From Giardia intestinalis (taxonomy: Eukaryota): DNA of 64,000 nucleotides. The stretch is taken from NCBI GenBank assembly GCA_000002435.2, contig CM018792.1. One strand, 5' to 3'. Made by a program: the position numbers and the translations under genes. The notes under the pieces are model-generated. The model ran no database searches and was not told the origin of the DNA. It saw nothing but the letters and a program-made list of their open reading frames with translations. How positions within the stretch are numbered: the first letter of the stretch is position 1; every line of letters starts with the position of its first letter. Positions 28,615 to 38,882 of the stretch are shown here, in pieces.

Positions 28615-31600
28615 ATGTCTGCGCAGCTCGCGCTAGAGCTACACTCTGCGGGCGTGACTGTGTACATCCAGACGAGTACCAGCAGATCGCTGCTTGTGGA
28701 AGAATTTGCGGATACCCTGTACTTCTTTTGTGACGGTGAAAAGGAGTTCTACTCCCTAACTCCCCCTGCAACAGCCACACCTTGCTATACGTTCACTGGG
28801 ATTGTACGACGCATGCTGGGAATGCAGATTTCAGAGACGTCTCTGCTTGTCTCTCAATGCTTGAGAATAGCCTTTACTTCTGTGCAACTGATCTCAAAGT
28901 ACTTTGACCTTGTAGTCAATGAAACGCTAGGGAAGACTGCACTGCAAACAAAGGATATTACGTCGTGTTGTATACTCGTTCCAGATTCCCTTATTGTGCT
29001 TTTGGCGCAAACCTTCGTGCAGCTCTTTCCAGCAATCCTTTCTCTTGCACCAGTGTACATTCCGCAATCGCATGTGCGTGCACTGCAGTGCACGCTCCGC
29101 GGCGCAGAGGATCACGGGATACCGACGGGATTGCATTTCCAAGCAGCTGTGCATGTATCTTCTGGTCATATGTCTTTGATCGGGCTCGGTACACGGTTCC
29201 TCTCTAAGATAGCAGCCAGCGGGGACACCCAATACAGTATAGTGTCTCAACTCGCTACCTGCATCCACAGTTGCGGCAGATTCGCTGCCAACGTTGTCGA
29301 TCGGATGCGAGTGCTCTGCTACCAGAAGCTTACTGAGATAAGATCTCGCGGGCTGATACTTGAAGACGAAGAGCATACACTGCGAATGAAGGGGGTTGAG
29401 TTCTTGCAGTCTCTCCATCAACTTCTGCTGGATGGTCTTTCTTGTGCGCTGCATGAAGATTTCGGCGATTTCAGAATCGGTCTTCCGGCAGTCCAAACAC
29501 AAAGTGGTCACGTGATATCACTGTTTCTTCCTGCAGATTTTTCTGAGGTCCTTACACTAAGTGCACACGAGTCATACAACTGTACCGAGATAGATGACAC
29601 TTTTCGCGACGAGCCAATGAATGCAGTTGTCAATAATGTAGAAGAGTTACAACTAGAGGACCTCGCACTTTCTGCAGATTACTCAGGTGAGAGGCAGCCT
29701 ATTGGGATGTACACCATGATTATTAGCGGCGATTTCTTCTACAAAATATCCCAAGAGATTACTTATGCATGCAACGATGTTCTCGATTCAATCGTGAATC
29801 CTCTTGTAGATATCCTCTCTGCCCATGCTAGCACTGGTGTAAAGCACTTACCTCCGTCTATTGCTTTATATCAATCACCCCATGATGCCGATATATTATT
29901 CGATCTCATTGGCGACCTTCTCAAGCAAAGATATCAAGGTTCGGAGCGTTCAATCTCTTTATGCATCGAGCAGCTACCACTGAGAGATTGTATTCCTCTG
30001 TTCCTTAACAATATTTCTGTTTTCAGGAGCTACGTGATACCACACTATGCGCTGAATGTTAGTGTCTCCTACCCTCTGGGCCAACAGGTTATTCATCTTG
30101 TCTATGACGACTCTCCCTCGGATCTGGGTATCATGTCTTGTTCTGACCGAGACCAGTTTATTCAGAATATTGACTTGTTAGAGAGGCACTTCATAGACAA
30201 CTTTCAAACCAATCTATCAATCCTGCGGCCTATTTTCAAGAGCGTTGATATAATTATTGAGCAAGAGGTTGATCTGCGCATTGCAATAACAAACACAGCA
30301 TACTCTCCGTTTCCACAAGAAGATACGCTCCACGGATTGGTACTTCGAAGGCCTTTAGTTTTCAGCCAGTCCGCTATTTGCTTGCAAGCACTACACATCA
30401 TTCTCGAGCCGACGCTCGGGCTGGGTCTTCTAGGTGTTAGTAGAGCACGAGACTATCTCGATACATGTGAGGCTGTAGTAAGGCTGTGCGGTATGTCCCA
30501 GGACATTAACAACGGAGTTCCTCAGGAGAAGGTTATCGAATGGGATGCCATGAAGGATCTCGTGCTTTCGTCTTGCAACAGTAAGTTCCCAGGATGCAAT
30601 CTTCTCAGTCGCTCGAGGCTACTCAGAATAGATTTGGGCACACCAGCCCACGTGCCTCACAAGCTGCCGGAGCCAACGTGCAGAGTGCTTTTAGATCTGG
30701 CTAGGCGATACGCAGGAAGCCCTGTTCCATGGTATATTGATCTAATTATTAACAGAACACATGCTGTTCTCTCTCTTCACTACTTTTTGGAAAAGATCCA
30801 CCTCCTTCTTACGGGAGAAATGCACAACCGCTTTATAACTAGAAATGAAAGCATTGATGGGTTGTTTAGAACGGGAAAGGTCTATTATGGGTTATATAGA
30901 AACAGGTTGCACAGCATCTTTCTATTCGATGTTGAATGCCTTTTTGGCCGAGAAGAAGCTGCACTAGATCATCAAGGTCCGCTAGGGGGATCCAGGTCTG
31001 ACCTTCCATCAACTATTAATCCTGCGTACATCACCCTTATGGAGGCTTCTCTCAACCTGCATATAGGGTGCACTTCAGAGCATATCATACGGGTTGTGGA
31101 CATTTTATACGATAACGAGCAAGAGATGCACTCAAAATATGCTGCAGTAATAACCGAGCTTCTGTTCCCACCAAATCTGTCCCCGCTTCCCCTGTTTGAG
31201 GGGTCTCCCAGGGATATTTGGGCATTCTTCCAAAATATTAAAATCATAGGGGATTTACGTCACTTTATTGAAAGAGCAGGAGACCACGGATTCCTTAACC
31301 ATAGACATCTATATTACAATAGCAGAGGAGTGCTGTGCACGATGGTGAGACCCCGCTGCTTCCGAGATCAGGATTTCCTGAGCCTTCCGAGGCTGTTTGC
31401 TGCGTTTAAAACTGTTGAAAATTACATCACATATCTTTCTAGCTCTGTAGAAGCAGGTCCAGGCCCATTGAGCGACTGGTGTTTCCTGTACAACATGGCT
31501 TCGTCCCTCCTGCCCATAAATTTCAAGACAAACGAGTTTAATGATGCTCTATTGCTCTATAAAAAAATGTATGATTTAAAGGGCATCACTTCCATCACAA

Positions 31601-31908
31601 AAATATCGCTGATAGACTGTGTGATGTATCATATAATGAGGCTGCTTCAAACCCTTAGTCAGGCCCCATCCACCCGAGACTCCCTTTGCCCGTGGCACGT
31701 TGATTGCTTAGCTTCTGATGTCATGCACTCGAATGATAGACTTTTGGCATTCACGTTTATCGCTAAAGATACAATTTCAGATAAGGCTATGCGGCACCAC
31801 TCTGCTGTGATAGCTCTCAAGACTTTGCCCGTATCCATTAGCAGCTTGGGGGATATTTCCATGATTATTCGCGCGTCGTTTGTATATGGGCTAAGCAAAG
31901 AAGTCTAA
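28615..31908 (+). CDS. Hypothetical protein (about 1097 aa from the first ATG; ORF open from 28513), unknown function.
   Basis: The ORF-track start at 28513 is TTG. The first in-frame ATG is at 28615, preceded by aatataatttacattgttcagggttg. Long ORF. Confidence 0.65.
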   Translation: MSAQLALELHSAGVTVYIQTSTSRSLLVEEFADTLYFFCDGEKEFYSLTPPATATPCYTFTGIVRRMLGMQISETSLLVSQCLRIAFTSVQLISKYFDLVVNETLGKTALQTKDITSCCILVPDSLIVLLAQTFVQLFPAILSLAPVYIPQSHVRALQCTLRGAEDHGIPTGLHFQAAVHVSSGHMSLIGLGTRFLSKIAASGDTQYSIVSQLATCIHSCGRFAANVVDRMRVLCYQKLTEIRSRGLILEDEEHTLRMKGVEFLQSLHQLLLDGLSCALHEDFGDFRIGLPAVQTQSGHVISLFLPADFSEVLTLSAHESYNCTEIDDTFRDEPMNAVVNNVEELQLEDLALSADYSGERQPIGMYTMIISGDFFYKISQEITYACNDVLDSIVNPLVDILSAHASTGVKHLPPSIALYQSPHDADILFDLIGDLLKQRYQGSERSISLCIEQLPLRDCIPLFLNNISVFRSYVIPHYALNVSVSYPLGQQVIHLVYDDSPSDLGIMSCSDRDQFIQNIDLLERHFIDNFQTNLSILRPIFKSVDIIIEQEVDLRIAITNTAYSPFPQEDTLHGLVLRRPLVFSQSAICLQALHIILEPTLGLGLLGVSRARDYLDTCEAVVRLCGMSQDINNGVPQEKVIEWDAMKDLVLSSCNSKFPGCNLLSRSRLLRIDLGTPAHVPHKLPEPTCRVLLDLARRYAGSPVPWYIDLIINRTHAVLSLHYFLEKIHLLLTGEMHNRFITRNESIDGLFRTGKVYYGLYRNRLHSIFLFDVECLFGREEAALDHQGPLGGSRSDLPSTINPAYITLMEASLNLHIGCTSEHIIRVVDILYDNEQEMHSKYAAVITELLFPPNLSPLPLFEGSPRDIWAFFQNIKIIGDLRHFIERAGDHGFLNHRHLYYNSRGVLCTMVRPRCFRDQDFLSLPRLFAAFKTVENYITYLSSSVEAGPGPLSDWCFLYNMASSLLPINFKTNEFNDALLLYKKMYDLKGITSITKISLIDCVMYHIMRLLQTLSQAPSTRDSLCPWHVDCLASDVMHSNDRLLAFTFIAKDTISDKAMRHHSAVIALKTLPVSISSLGDISMIIRASFVYGLSKEV

Positions 31909-31925
31909 GTCTCTTGTCTGACCTC

Positions 31926-33275
31926 CTACATCAATACTCGTGTTTTAAAGCGCGACGACCCCTTGGATGACTCCATCGGAACAGGACATTTTAGATCCAG
32001 CAAGAGCATACCATTGTATCCGGTCGGATCCCTGTCCCAGCGACCTCTTCCAGGTGTTTTCCCCAGTGCTACGAAGATGTAGAGCTTCATATGTTGGACT
32101 ACTAGTTTCAAATTATTGACGAACCCATCAACTGCGTAATCTGCCACCTTCTCTAAATTGGAGTCGACACACCTCCATAACGAAACAAGACCGTGACAGC
32201 CGGAGATAATAATATCGCCATTCGGAATGCAATCCAGGGCGGTCACCAATCTTCTACAGTAGTCTGTGGATGGTATAAATGTATGCCTTGCTGAATCACT
32301 CTCAAGGAACCGCAAGCAGTCGTGGGGGTGCACTTGCATGACTGGCTTACGCTTCTCTAAAGTGTGCACTAGTAGCCCAAGGGCACATCCTGCAATGAAA
32401 ACATCAGTTCTAATCCAACACACACACTCGAGTGAGACACCTGACGTAAAGATCAGTTGCGTCTGCTTGTTATAGTCGAAGAAACGCACTGACTTATCAA
32501 CAGAACAAGTAATAACTGCATTGTGCTCTGCTCCCATGTCTGCACACCCCGTGATTTGATCTTCGTGTCCCCGTAAGGTGAACATCTCACAATGATCGTC
32601 CAAGTTGAAGACCTTAAGAGTACTTTGCATACAGATAGTAAGTACGTGGCCAAAAATCCGCATTGATAACGCTACATTATCCAGAATGATGCTGAAGAGA
32701 GATTTTCCCGTTCTCCCGTTGCGCACATTGACTAGGCAATCCAACCCTGTTGAAGCCACATATGCCCCATCGGCACTGGCAGCCAACGCAGTAATGCCTC
32801 CAAAGTGTCCCTCGTGGTACGGATCCCGTATTCTTGAGGTTGAGTGTATGCTTGCGTAGGGGTGTCTGTTCAACCTGACCCCAATGATATCATAGCGAAA
32901 CGGCTGTTTGCGGCCATGGACCCGGATTTTTGGCCTCCCCCGTACAATGAATAGCTGCTTCAGAGGCTTTTCTTCCGCGGAGATGTCTTCGATATTAGAT
33001 GGCTGCAGAGACCATGCAGAAACTGTCCCGTCACCAGACCCAAGGTAAATAGTATCATCGCTATGTGCTACGCAAGTAAATTCCATCTTGTGCCCGCCTC
33101 TGAGCATCAGTCGATCCTCTTTCGTTCCTCTGAAATGCGACAATATCTCCCTTGTGGCCACCTTGGAAAGAGCCTGAACCTGCTCCCGAAGAATTGACGC
33201 AACATCCCCACCAGCCTTTTTGATGACCTCTAGATCCTGAAGGGCAGATTGGCGTCGTAGAGCATCAGCACTCAT
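31926..33275 (-). CDS. WD40-repeat protein (449 aa).
   Basis: WD-like segments are present (e.g. GHEDQITGCADMGAEHNAVITCSVDKSVRFFD and TIYLGSGDGTVSAWSL). The ATG is at 33273-33275, with an AT-rich 32-bp divergent spacer to the next gene. Confidence 0.7.
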   Translation of the reverse strand: MSADALRRQSALQDLEVIKKAGGDVASILREQVQALSKVATREILSHFRGTKEDRLMLRGGHKMEFTCVAHSDDTIYLGSGDGTVSAWSLQPSNIEDISAEEKPLKQLFIVRGRPKIRVHGRKQPFRYDIIGVRLNRHPYASIHSTSRIRDPYHEGHFGGITALAASADGAYVASTGLDCLVNVRNGRTGKSLFSIILDNVALSMRIFGHVLTICMQSTLKVFNLDDHCEMFTLRGHEDQITGCADMGAEHNAVITCSVDKSVRFFDYNKQTQLIFTSGVSLECVCWIRTDVFIAGCALGLLVHTLEKRKPVMQVHPHDCLRFLESDSARHTFIPSTDYCRRLVTALDCIPNGDIIISGCHGLVSLWRCVDSNLEKVADYAVDGFVNNLKLVVQHMKLYIFVALGKTPGRGRWDRDPTGYNGMLLLDLKCPVPMESSKGSSRFKTRVLM

Positions 33276-33307
33276 TTCAATTTATTGACTTGCTTTTTAA
33301 TTCTTTC

Positions 33308-34417
33308 ATGTGTCAATCTGAATGTGACCACCTGGAGCTGACGGTCGTTGAGAGGCAGCGGATAAGAGAGATGCTTCATCGTCCCCCCGTTTTACTCGTG
33401 ATAGGAATGGCTGGAGCAGGTAAGACGACCTTTATCCAGCGCTTGGCTGCTGAGCTCAACCAGCATCAGGCCGCGTATGCGTTAAAGCCACGAATACGGC
33501 AAGATATTGTTAGTAAGGTGCCTTATATCGTTAACCTGGATCCTGCTGTCTTGGACACTCCGTACATCCCCTCGGTCGACATCCGAGACACGTTTAACAT
33601 CGGAGACCTCATGAAGAAGCATCACTGGGGTCCCAACGGAGCCATCATGGCCACCCTTAACCTTTTCGCAACCAAGATCGATGAGCTGGACAACTTGATG
33701 CGTAAGAAGGCAGAGCGGACCTCTTGCTACGTCGTCGACACGCCTGGGCAGATAGAGGTATTTACTTGGAGCTCGTCAGGGGAGATAGTCTCTAAGTTCT
33801 TCGGCTCTGCATACCCCACCATTCTGCTCTATATCGTGGATAGCGAGCGTTGCCTTAATCCCATAACATTTGTAGCCTCTATGCTGTACTGCTGCAGCAT
33901 TATGGAGCGCCTTGAGCTCCCTGTAATCATAGTCTTTAACAAGAGCGATCTTATCGCTCCGTCTTTGAGTGTAGAGCCAGATACATTCAATAGGTGGGCA
34001 CCATGGGTCTATATGCGGAATAACGTTGCTCTCTCTGAGGCGTTTAGTGACTTCCAAGAGCGGAACGTTAATAGTATTGCTTATTCAGATATCTTCTACG
34101 AATCTCTGAGCACCATTCTGGAAGAGTTTTATAATGTAATAGATTACGTTAATGTAAGTAGCTACACAGGATTGGGATTTGAGGGGTTGCTGGACAAGAT
34201 TCGGAGAGTCAGTGCACAGTACATTGAGGAGTACCCGACCCGGTTGGATGAACATCGACGAGCTGTAGAACAAGAGAAGCAGCAAAAGGAACGCGAGAAA
34301 GAAGATCCCTACCAGAGTCTATTTGCAGATATGTCATTGCTGCCAACTCGCTATGTCTGTGGAGATGACGGGGTGGAGGTTCTAGAGGACTCGGCAAACC
34401 TGGATGGCGTTGACTAA
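33308..34417 (+). CDS. GPN-loop GTPase (XAB1/GPN1-like). Motifs present: P-loop GMAGAGKTT, GPN motif GPNGAI, and switch region VVDTPGQIEVF.
   Basis: Motifs read directly from the translation. The ORF-track start at 33290 is TTG, and the first ATG is at 33308. Confidence 0.88.
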   Translation: MCQSECDHLELTVVERQRIREMLHRPPVLLVIGMAGAGKTTFIQRLAAELNQHQAAYALKPRIRQDIVSKVPYIVNLDPAVLDTPYIPSVDIRDTFNIGDLMKKHHWGPNGAIMATLNLFATKIDELDNLMRKKAERTSCYVVDTPGQIEVFTWSSSGEIVSKFFGSAYPTILLYIVDSERCLNPITFVASMLYCCSIMERLELPVIIVFNKSDLIAPSLSVEPDTFNRWAPWVYMRNNVALSEAFSDFQERNVNSIAYSDIFYESLSTILEEFYNVIDYVNVSSYTGLGFEGLLDKIRRVSAQYIEEYPTRLDEHRRAVEQEKQQKEREKEDPYQSLFADMSLLPTRYVCGDDGVEVLEDSANLDGVD

Positions 34418-34461
34418 TAACTTGTAAGCTGCTGTGACAGAAGTAAAACACACAAGGTGAT

Positions 34462-35115
34462 CTAATTTACGCACACTTCGACCTCACGGTCCTCCTCTAT
34501 CTCCACAGAGTCAGGCCTATCTTCGTTCTTATCTCTAACGGTGCCAATGGCCGCAGAATGGTGCACAGACGTATCAGTCAAGACCGGGTCGTGGCTAGGG
34601 ATTGCATTTATGTCTCGCTCGATAGTGATCTCGTCCATTAATTCGGCCATCATGTTATCGACCTCGTCTTTGTTTCCTGAGATGATCTGGTCTATCTCAT
34701 TTATGCTCGCCTTATCTGCTGCTACGTGCTGTTGAATCTCGTCCATCGTTTCTTTTAGCTTCTCCCCGTCAATCTGCATTTTGTTCAACAGCTCATTAGT
34801 CTTCTTCATGGCATCAACAAGGGATATCTGACTGACTCTCTCTTGAAGGAGACGCTTCTGGCGTGCTGCCTCGACGCAGGTCACCGAGAGGAGACTGGAG
34901 TACTTCTTTGCTTCCTTTTCGAGACACAAGTACATCTTTGCTAGATCAGTGTTGTGATCCTTAAGACTCTGAATGGCTTTCTTATGAAACTCGCTTGCAC
35001 GCGCAGAAGCCTGCTCGGCTTGTGTGTTTCGTCTGTCGCACTCATTCTGGAGTTTAAGAAGTGCTATGTCCAGCTCGTTGAACTTCTTGTTTGCCTTTTT
35101 TCCAAACAAGCCCAT
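34462..35115 (-). CDS. ESCRT-III Snf7-family protein (Vps60/CHMP5- or Vps20/CHMP6-like). It has an N-terminal MGLFGKK and an acidic C-terminal MDEI/ELMDEI helix region.
   Basis: MGLFGKKANKK...LKLQ...KRLLQERV...MKKTNELLNKMQIDGEKLKETMDEIQQ...EVDNMMAELMDEI matches the charged-N/acidic-C architecture of CHMP proteins. ATG at 35113-35115. Confidence 0.75.
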   Translation of the reverse strand: MGLFGKKANKKFNELDIALLKLQNECDRRNTQAEQASARASEFHKKAIQSLKDHNTDLAKMYLCLEKEAKKYSSLLSVTCVEAARQKRLLQERVSQISLVDAMKKTNELLNKMQIDGEKLKETMDEIQQHVAADKASINEIDQIISGNKDEVDNMMAELMDEITIERDINAIPSHDPVLTDTSVHHSAAIGTVRDKNEDRPDSVEIEEDREVEVCVN

Positions 35116-35117
35116 AG

Positions 35118-35156
35118 GTTTCTAGTGTAAGCTTCTAGCGTAAGTTTCTAGTGTAA
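35118..35156. repeat. Tandem direct repeat, 3 copies of 13 bp (gtttctagtgtaa / gcttctagcgtaa / gtttctagtgtaa). It begins 2 nt upstream of the ESCRT-III start codon, inside the 126-bp divergent promoter region shared with the kinase gene.
   Basis: Read directly from the sequence. Copies 1 and 3 are identical and copy 2 differs at 2 positions. Each unit contains CTAGAA on the minus strand. Confidence 0.8.
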
Positions 35157-35241
35157 GATGGGCTTTATTTTTGTTTCAGGGAAATGTATTCGAGAAATAT
35201 AAATTCTATGCATTAATATTTTTTGAAAGCAAGCTCCCCGC

Positions 35242-37083
35242 ATGAGGACATCTCCGAAGGCCCTGGAAAAGGGGTCAAAGCAAAAAATGATCGTGCAAAT
35301 AGGACCTTACTATATAAATGCAAGGCCGCGGGCAAAGGGCGGGTACAGCTATGTGTACCAGGGCTGGCATGAGAGCGACGAACGGATCCAGTTAGCATTC
35401 AAGCTTCTCCTTCTTCACGATCGCCGTGGTTTCCTTAGCAGGTCGCAGACAAGAGACATCGACAACATGGTGTCCTTGGTGGATGCTATGAGCAGGAGAC
35501 CGGGTGCAACCAGCAATCACCCGGATCTATATGTAGATTTTCCGTTTCTTCCCCTTCTAGATATCATCGATGTCAGTTCATCTACCAAAAGCAATGTACA
35601 TCGCTTAAAGGAGTACGAGAGCGAAGCGAATGCAGAACTTTCCCTCCTGCTTGTCTTCCCCTTTTGTGAGTTAGATCTTAAGACCTACCTCAAGCACGGC
35701 TCTCTTTATTCTGCAAAAGAAGAGGATGTGCTGCGTGTTGCTTATCAGATTCTTCGGGCCGTTGGAATTATGCATTCTTTAGGATGGTCGCACAGGGATC
35801 TCAAACCAGAGAATATGCTTATCTCCAGGGATGGCCAGCTGCTTCTCTGTGATTTTGGCATGGCACGCTGTGAAGTGACCTTTCTGCGACGGTTTGGAGT
35901 CAGCTACAACTATGATTACAGAGGAAATAGTTACACAGACACTAAGATGCCGATTAGAGAATACGACGAACGGTGTGCCGTTGCATATGATCCACTCGAG
36001 GGCTTAGACCGCACACAGCAGCCGGGGATCGTCTCGCGTCGCCTCCTCCCACCAGCTGGTGCCACATCCATCTGTGGGACCATATGGTGGCGAGCACCGG
36101 AGCAATCCTTCAGGAAGAACGTCAACTGCTCAGGGTTCATTGGTGACTCGTGGAGCCTCGGGTGCATTTTGATACAGTTGTTATTCGATTACCCCGCCTT
36201 TCACTCCAAGGACAGGGACGAGAATACTGGCTCAGGGGAAGTCCTTGCTTACGTCAACCAGCTCCGGCCACTGGCAGAGAATGAAGACTTCCTGGAGGCT
36301 ATAGTTTCTTTCAACGGTGTGTCTCGATCATTCATAGATTCCTTTAGGGCTGTCACAACGAAGCTGAATAAGGCTCGCGCAGCAGACCTGCAACGGATTT
36401 TAGCCATGCCACGCGAGCAAGTAGAGGCAGTATTGGCAAATGCACGCGACAGTAATGCTGGACGTGAAGACAGCAATTTACAGGAACCGCCAGTTAAACA
36501 CAGCGACGACCCACTGAAACAGATACCTTCACACATTAAGCAACTGATTATACTCAACAGACACGCTATACTATCGCCATACAGGGACTGCGACGCGATC
36601 TACTCCACAAGCAGATACACCTTGAAACAAGCATGCTTTTTAATGCTGGTTCTCCGGTTTGCACCCTTGCCAAAGGTTGTGGAGATGATGGACAAACCCG
36701 CCATCTCCGTGCAAGAGCTCACCATACTCCTAGAGCTGTCGCCGACAGCTATATGCTTCTACAATATGTACTCAGACCTGGTGTCCAAATTAATGAACCC
36801 TAACCCCCTTCGCCGCCTGATGCCCACAGAGGCCTTGACACATCCTATCTTTGACAACGTTCAGAACTCCTTTTTCTTCAAGCTGAATACCAGCAACTCT
36901 ACGTTTACCAAGCCCGACGAAACCAACAGCGCGAACAACTTCCTTCAGAAGATTAGCGCCATTCTAAACAGAAAGGTGGACTTCAACAAGGATTACCTGC
37001 CGGTTTTATTGAATGAAATCTCACACAGAACCCTCGACGAACTAGTCTTCACTTATTGTCCAAATTCACTAGACGACGTCTAG
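35242..37083 (+). CDS. Ser/Thr protein kinase with an intact catalytic core (HRDLKPENMLI, DFGMA, WWRAPE; CMGC-like) and a long C-terminal extension.
   Basis: Kinase subdomain motifs are visible in the translation. ATG at 35242 after an AT-rich leader. Confidence 0.8.
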   Translation: MRTSPKALEKGSKQKMIVQIGPYYINARPRAKGGYSYVYQGWHESDERIQLAFKLLLLHDRRGFLSRSQTRDIDNMVSLVDAMSRRPGATSNHPDLYVDFPFLPLLDIIDVSSSTKSNVHRLKEYESEANAELSLLLVFPFCELDLKTYLKHGSLYSAKEEDVLRVAYQILRAVGIMHSLGWSHRDLKPENMLISRDGQLLLCDFGMARCEVTFLRRFGVSYNYDYRGNSYTDTKMPIREYDERCAVAYDPLEGLDRTQQPGIVSRRLLPPAGATSICGTIWWRAPEQSFRKNVNCSGFIGDSWSLGCILIQLLFDYPAFHSKDRDENTGSGEVLAYVNQLRPLAENEDFLEAIVSFNGVSRSFIDSFRAVTTKLNKARAADLQRILAMPREQVEAVLANARDSNAGREDSNLQEPPVKHSDDPLKQIPSHIKQLIILNRHAILSPYRDCDAIYSTSRYTLKQACFLMLVLRFAPLPKVVEMMDKPAISVQELTILLELSPTAICFYNMYSDLVSKLMNPNPLRRLMPTEALTHPIFDNVQNSFFFKLNTSNSTFTKPDETNSANNFLQKISAILNRKVDFNKDYLPVLLNEISHRTLDELVFTYCPNSLDDV

Positions 37084-37091
37084 TCAAAAAA

Positions 37092-37613
37092 ATGAATTTG
37101 CTTCTAAAGGTGAATTATTTCAGTGATCACGTCATAAAAACATTAAAATCCAATTTCCATGTTAACTTTAAAAGAGCAAAGCTAACTGAAACGACCATGC
37201 GTCCAAGAAATCCAGATATTGCACAAATAACGTGCAGGGCGGTCATTAAGCTGGAGTTATGCCCTCACAAGGCTGCTCGCATATTTGGTTTGCATCCTCG
37301 AACTCTATACCACTGGATGTCCCAGTACCGAGGCGGTACACTCATGGAGTCCCGCTCGAAAACCCCGCGACCTCTTCAGGAGGACGTTTGCAAGCTCTTC
37401 ATTGAGATGAAGGCTCAGTCCTCGTCTGTCCATCTCAAGGAGCTGAAGGACGCCCTCGCAGAAAGGCTAGGGATAAACGTTTGCCTATCAACAGTTCACA
37501 ATTGGTTGGCTAAGTGGGAGAGCTCGAACGCCATGGCAGACGGAAGCAATCGTGCTAGCCACAGTCAACATAACACGCACAACCCCCACAGTAGTCACAA
37601 TGCTCATTGCTAG
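37092..37613 (+). CDS. Small helix-turn-helix protein (psq/transposase-N-terminus-like HTH: AARIFGLHPRTLYHWMSQYR) with a His/Asn/Ser-rich tail. Hypothetical DNA-binding protein.
   Basis: The ORF-track start at 37056 is TTG and overlaps the kinase 3' end. The first ATG is at 37092, 8 bp after the kinase stop. The HTH-like segment resembles the 'GVSRSTLYRW' motif class. Confidence 0.5.
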   Translation: MNLLLKVNYFSDHVIKTLKSNFHVNFKRAKLTETTMRPRNPDIAQITCRAVIKLELCPHKAARIFGLHPRTLYHWMSQYRGGTLMESRSKTPRPLQEDVCKLFIEMKAQSSSVHLKELKDALAERLGINVCLSTVHNWLAKWESSNAMADGSNRASHSQHNTHNPHSSHNAHC

Positions 37614-37657
37614 ACGATTGACTGGCTGCACCTCAGCTCGTCTCGGTCGCAGTTTGG

Positions 37658-38857
37658 CTACTTTGTAGTAAATGATAAGTCGTTTGCGATACTGACAAGT
37701 TCTGCGGCGTCCTCCAAGGCCAGACTAAGTTTGTAAATATCTCTGAGACGGCCAAGGAGACTGGACCCAAGTACTCTGTTGAAACACTCGTTCATGTTGA
37801 TCAGGCCCTTTGCCTCTTTGTGATACAACTGAACCTTTTGCTGGAGCTCTGGACCAACTCCTCCCAGAAGGTCTTCTATGCTTGCACGATCGGTAAGGAA
37901 CGTATGACGCTCTTCTACGACCGCGGCAATTCGCTCGAGAAGATTCTTCACGGCTCCATGGACTTCCGATATCTCCTGGGTGCGTGTGTGCAGCTTGTGT
38001 ACCAAAAGCTCATTATCTGTTTTGAGAGACTCGTGTTTGAGTAGCAGATCATCTAATGTAGCGTTCAGGTCAGCAACCTGTTGCTCTAGGGCAGAGACCA
38101 CCACCCTATGTGCGTTTTGTTTTTCTATGAGACTGCCCGCAGATGCATCATACTCCGCAGACAACGCCTGTTCAAGACTCAGCGAAGACGCTTCCTCCTT
38201 GGTCAGACGCGTGTAGACACCGGAAACATAGTCCATGGAGGCGCTCAGACTACGGAGGTTATCGTAGCTGCGCATCACCGGAGCACCCTCACTCCGGTCT
38301 GTAGGCCCCGACTCGAACGCGCTGTCTGTCAGAAGACGGTCGTGGGCAGCCTCGATAAATGAGCCGTACACGCCGTAGGTCTTGTTCCTCTCCATAAGAA
38401 TAGAGAGCAGGGCCGTCGCCCCCGCGATGGTGTCTGTGAGCCCCGACATCTCCTGCATGACACATGAGATTCCTTCGTAGCGCTTTGCTGTCAGCCGGAG
38501 ATTCTTGTTCTGCTTGTCCTTGCTACGCGAGACATATATGTCTATCTCGGCTTTGCGCCGCATAAGCTCCTGTCGCCGAATTTCTAGGGCTTTCTCTCTG
38601 GCCGCAAGCTGAGCCGAACGAGCTTCGTACTCTGCCTGTGTCTGTTTCAGGATGGCGGTGATCTCCGCAAGATTCTGCTCCTGTTCCTCTAGCTCTGTAT
38701 TATACACTCCAGTGGGCTGAGAAATCTCGTGCTCTGCAAGCCTGTACTTGACCGCCTGAATATCTGTATGAGTCAAGAAGGTCTTCTGGGCGTGACCTGT
38801 AGCTGAGAGTGAAAGCTTTGGTAGTGGTGCATTGACTGTGTTGCCATGTTTTCGCAT
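37658..38857 (-). CDS. Coiled-coil hypothetical protein (399 aa).
   Basis: ATG at 38855-38857. Long heptad-like E/K/Q/L-rich stretches. Confidence 0.65.
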   Translation of the reverse strand: MRKHGNTVNAPLPKLSLSATGHAQKTFLTHTDIQAVKYRLAEHEISQPTGVYNTELEEQEQNLAEITAILKQTQAEYEARSAQLAAREKALEIRRQELMRRKAEIDIYVSRSKDKQNKNLRLTAKRYEGISCVMQEMSGLTDTIAGATALLSILMERNKTYGVYGSFIEAAHDRLLTDSAFESGPTDRSEGAPVMRSYDNLRSLSASMDYVSGVYTRLTKEEASSLSLEQALSAEYDASAGSLIEKQNAHRVVVSALEQQVADLNATLDDLLLKHESLKTDNELLVHKLHTRTQEISEVHGAVKNLLERIAAVVEERHTFLTDRASIEDLLGGVGPELQQKVQLYHKEAKGLINMNECFNRVLGSSLLGRLRDIYKLSLALEDAAELVSIANDLSFTTK

Positions 38858-38882
38858 TTTAGTTTAACTTTAGATCCATCCC

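Noticed and set aside
25062-31908. The possibility that the two roughly 1100-aa hypothetical ORFs (25062-28481 and 28615-31908) are one gene split by a frameshift.
   Set aside because: The first ends in a clean stop. It is followed by an AT-rich spacer, and then an ATG in a different context. There is no sequence continuity or shared repeats across the junction, so I treat them as separate genes.
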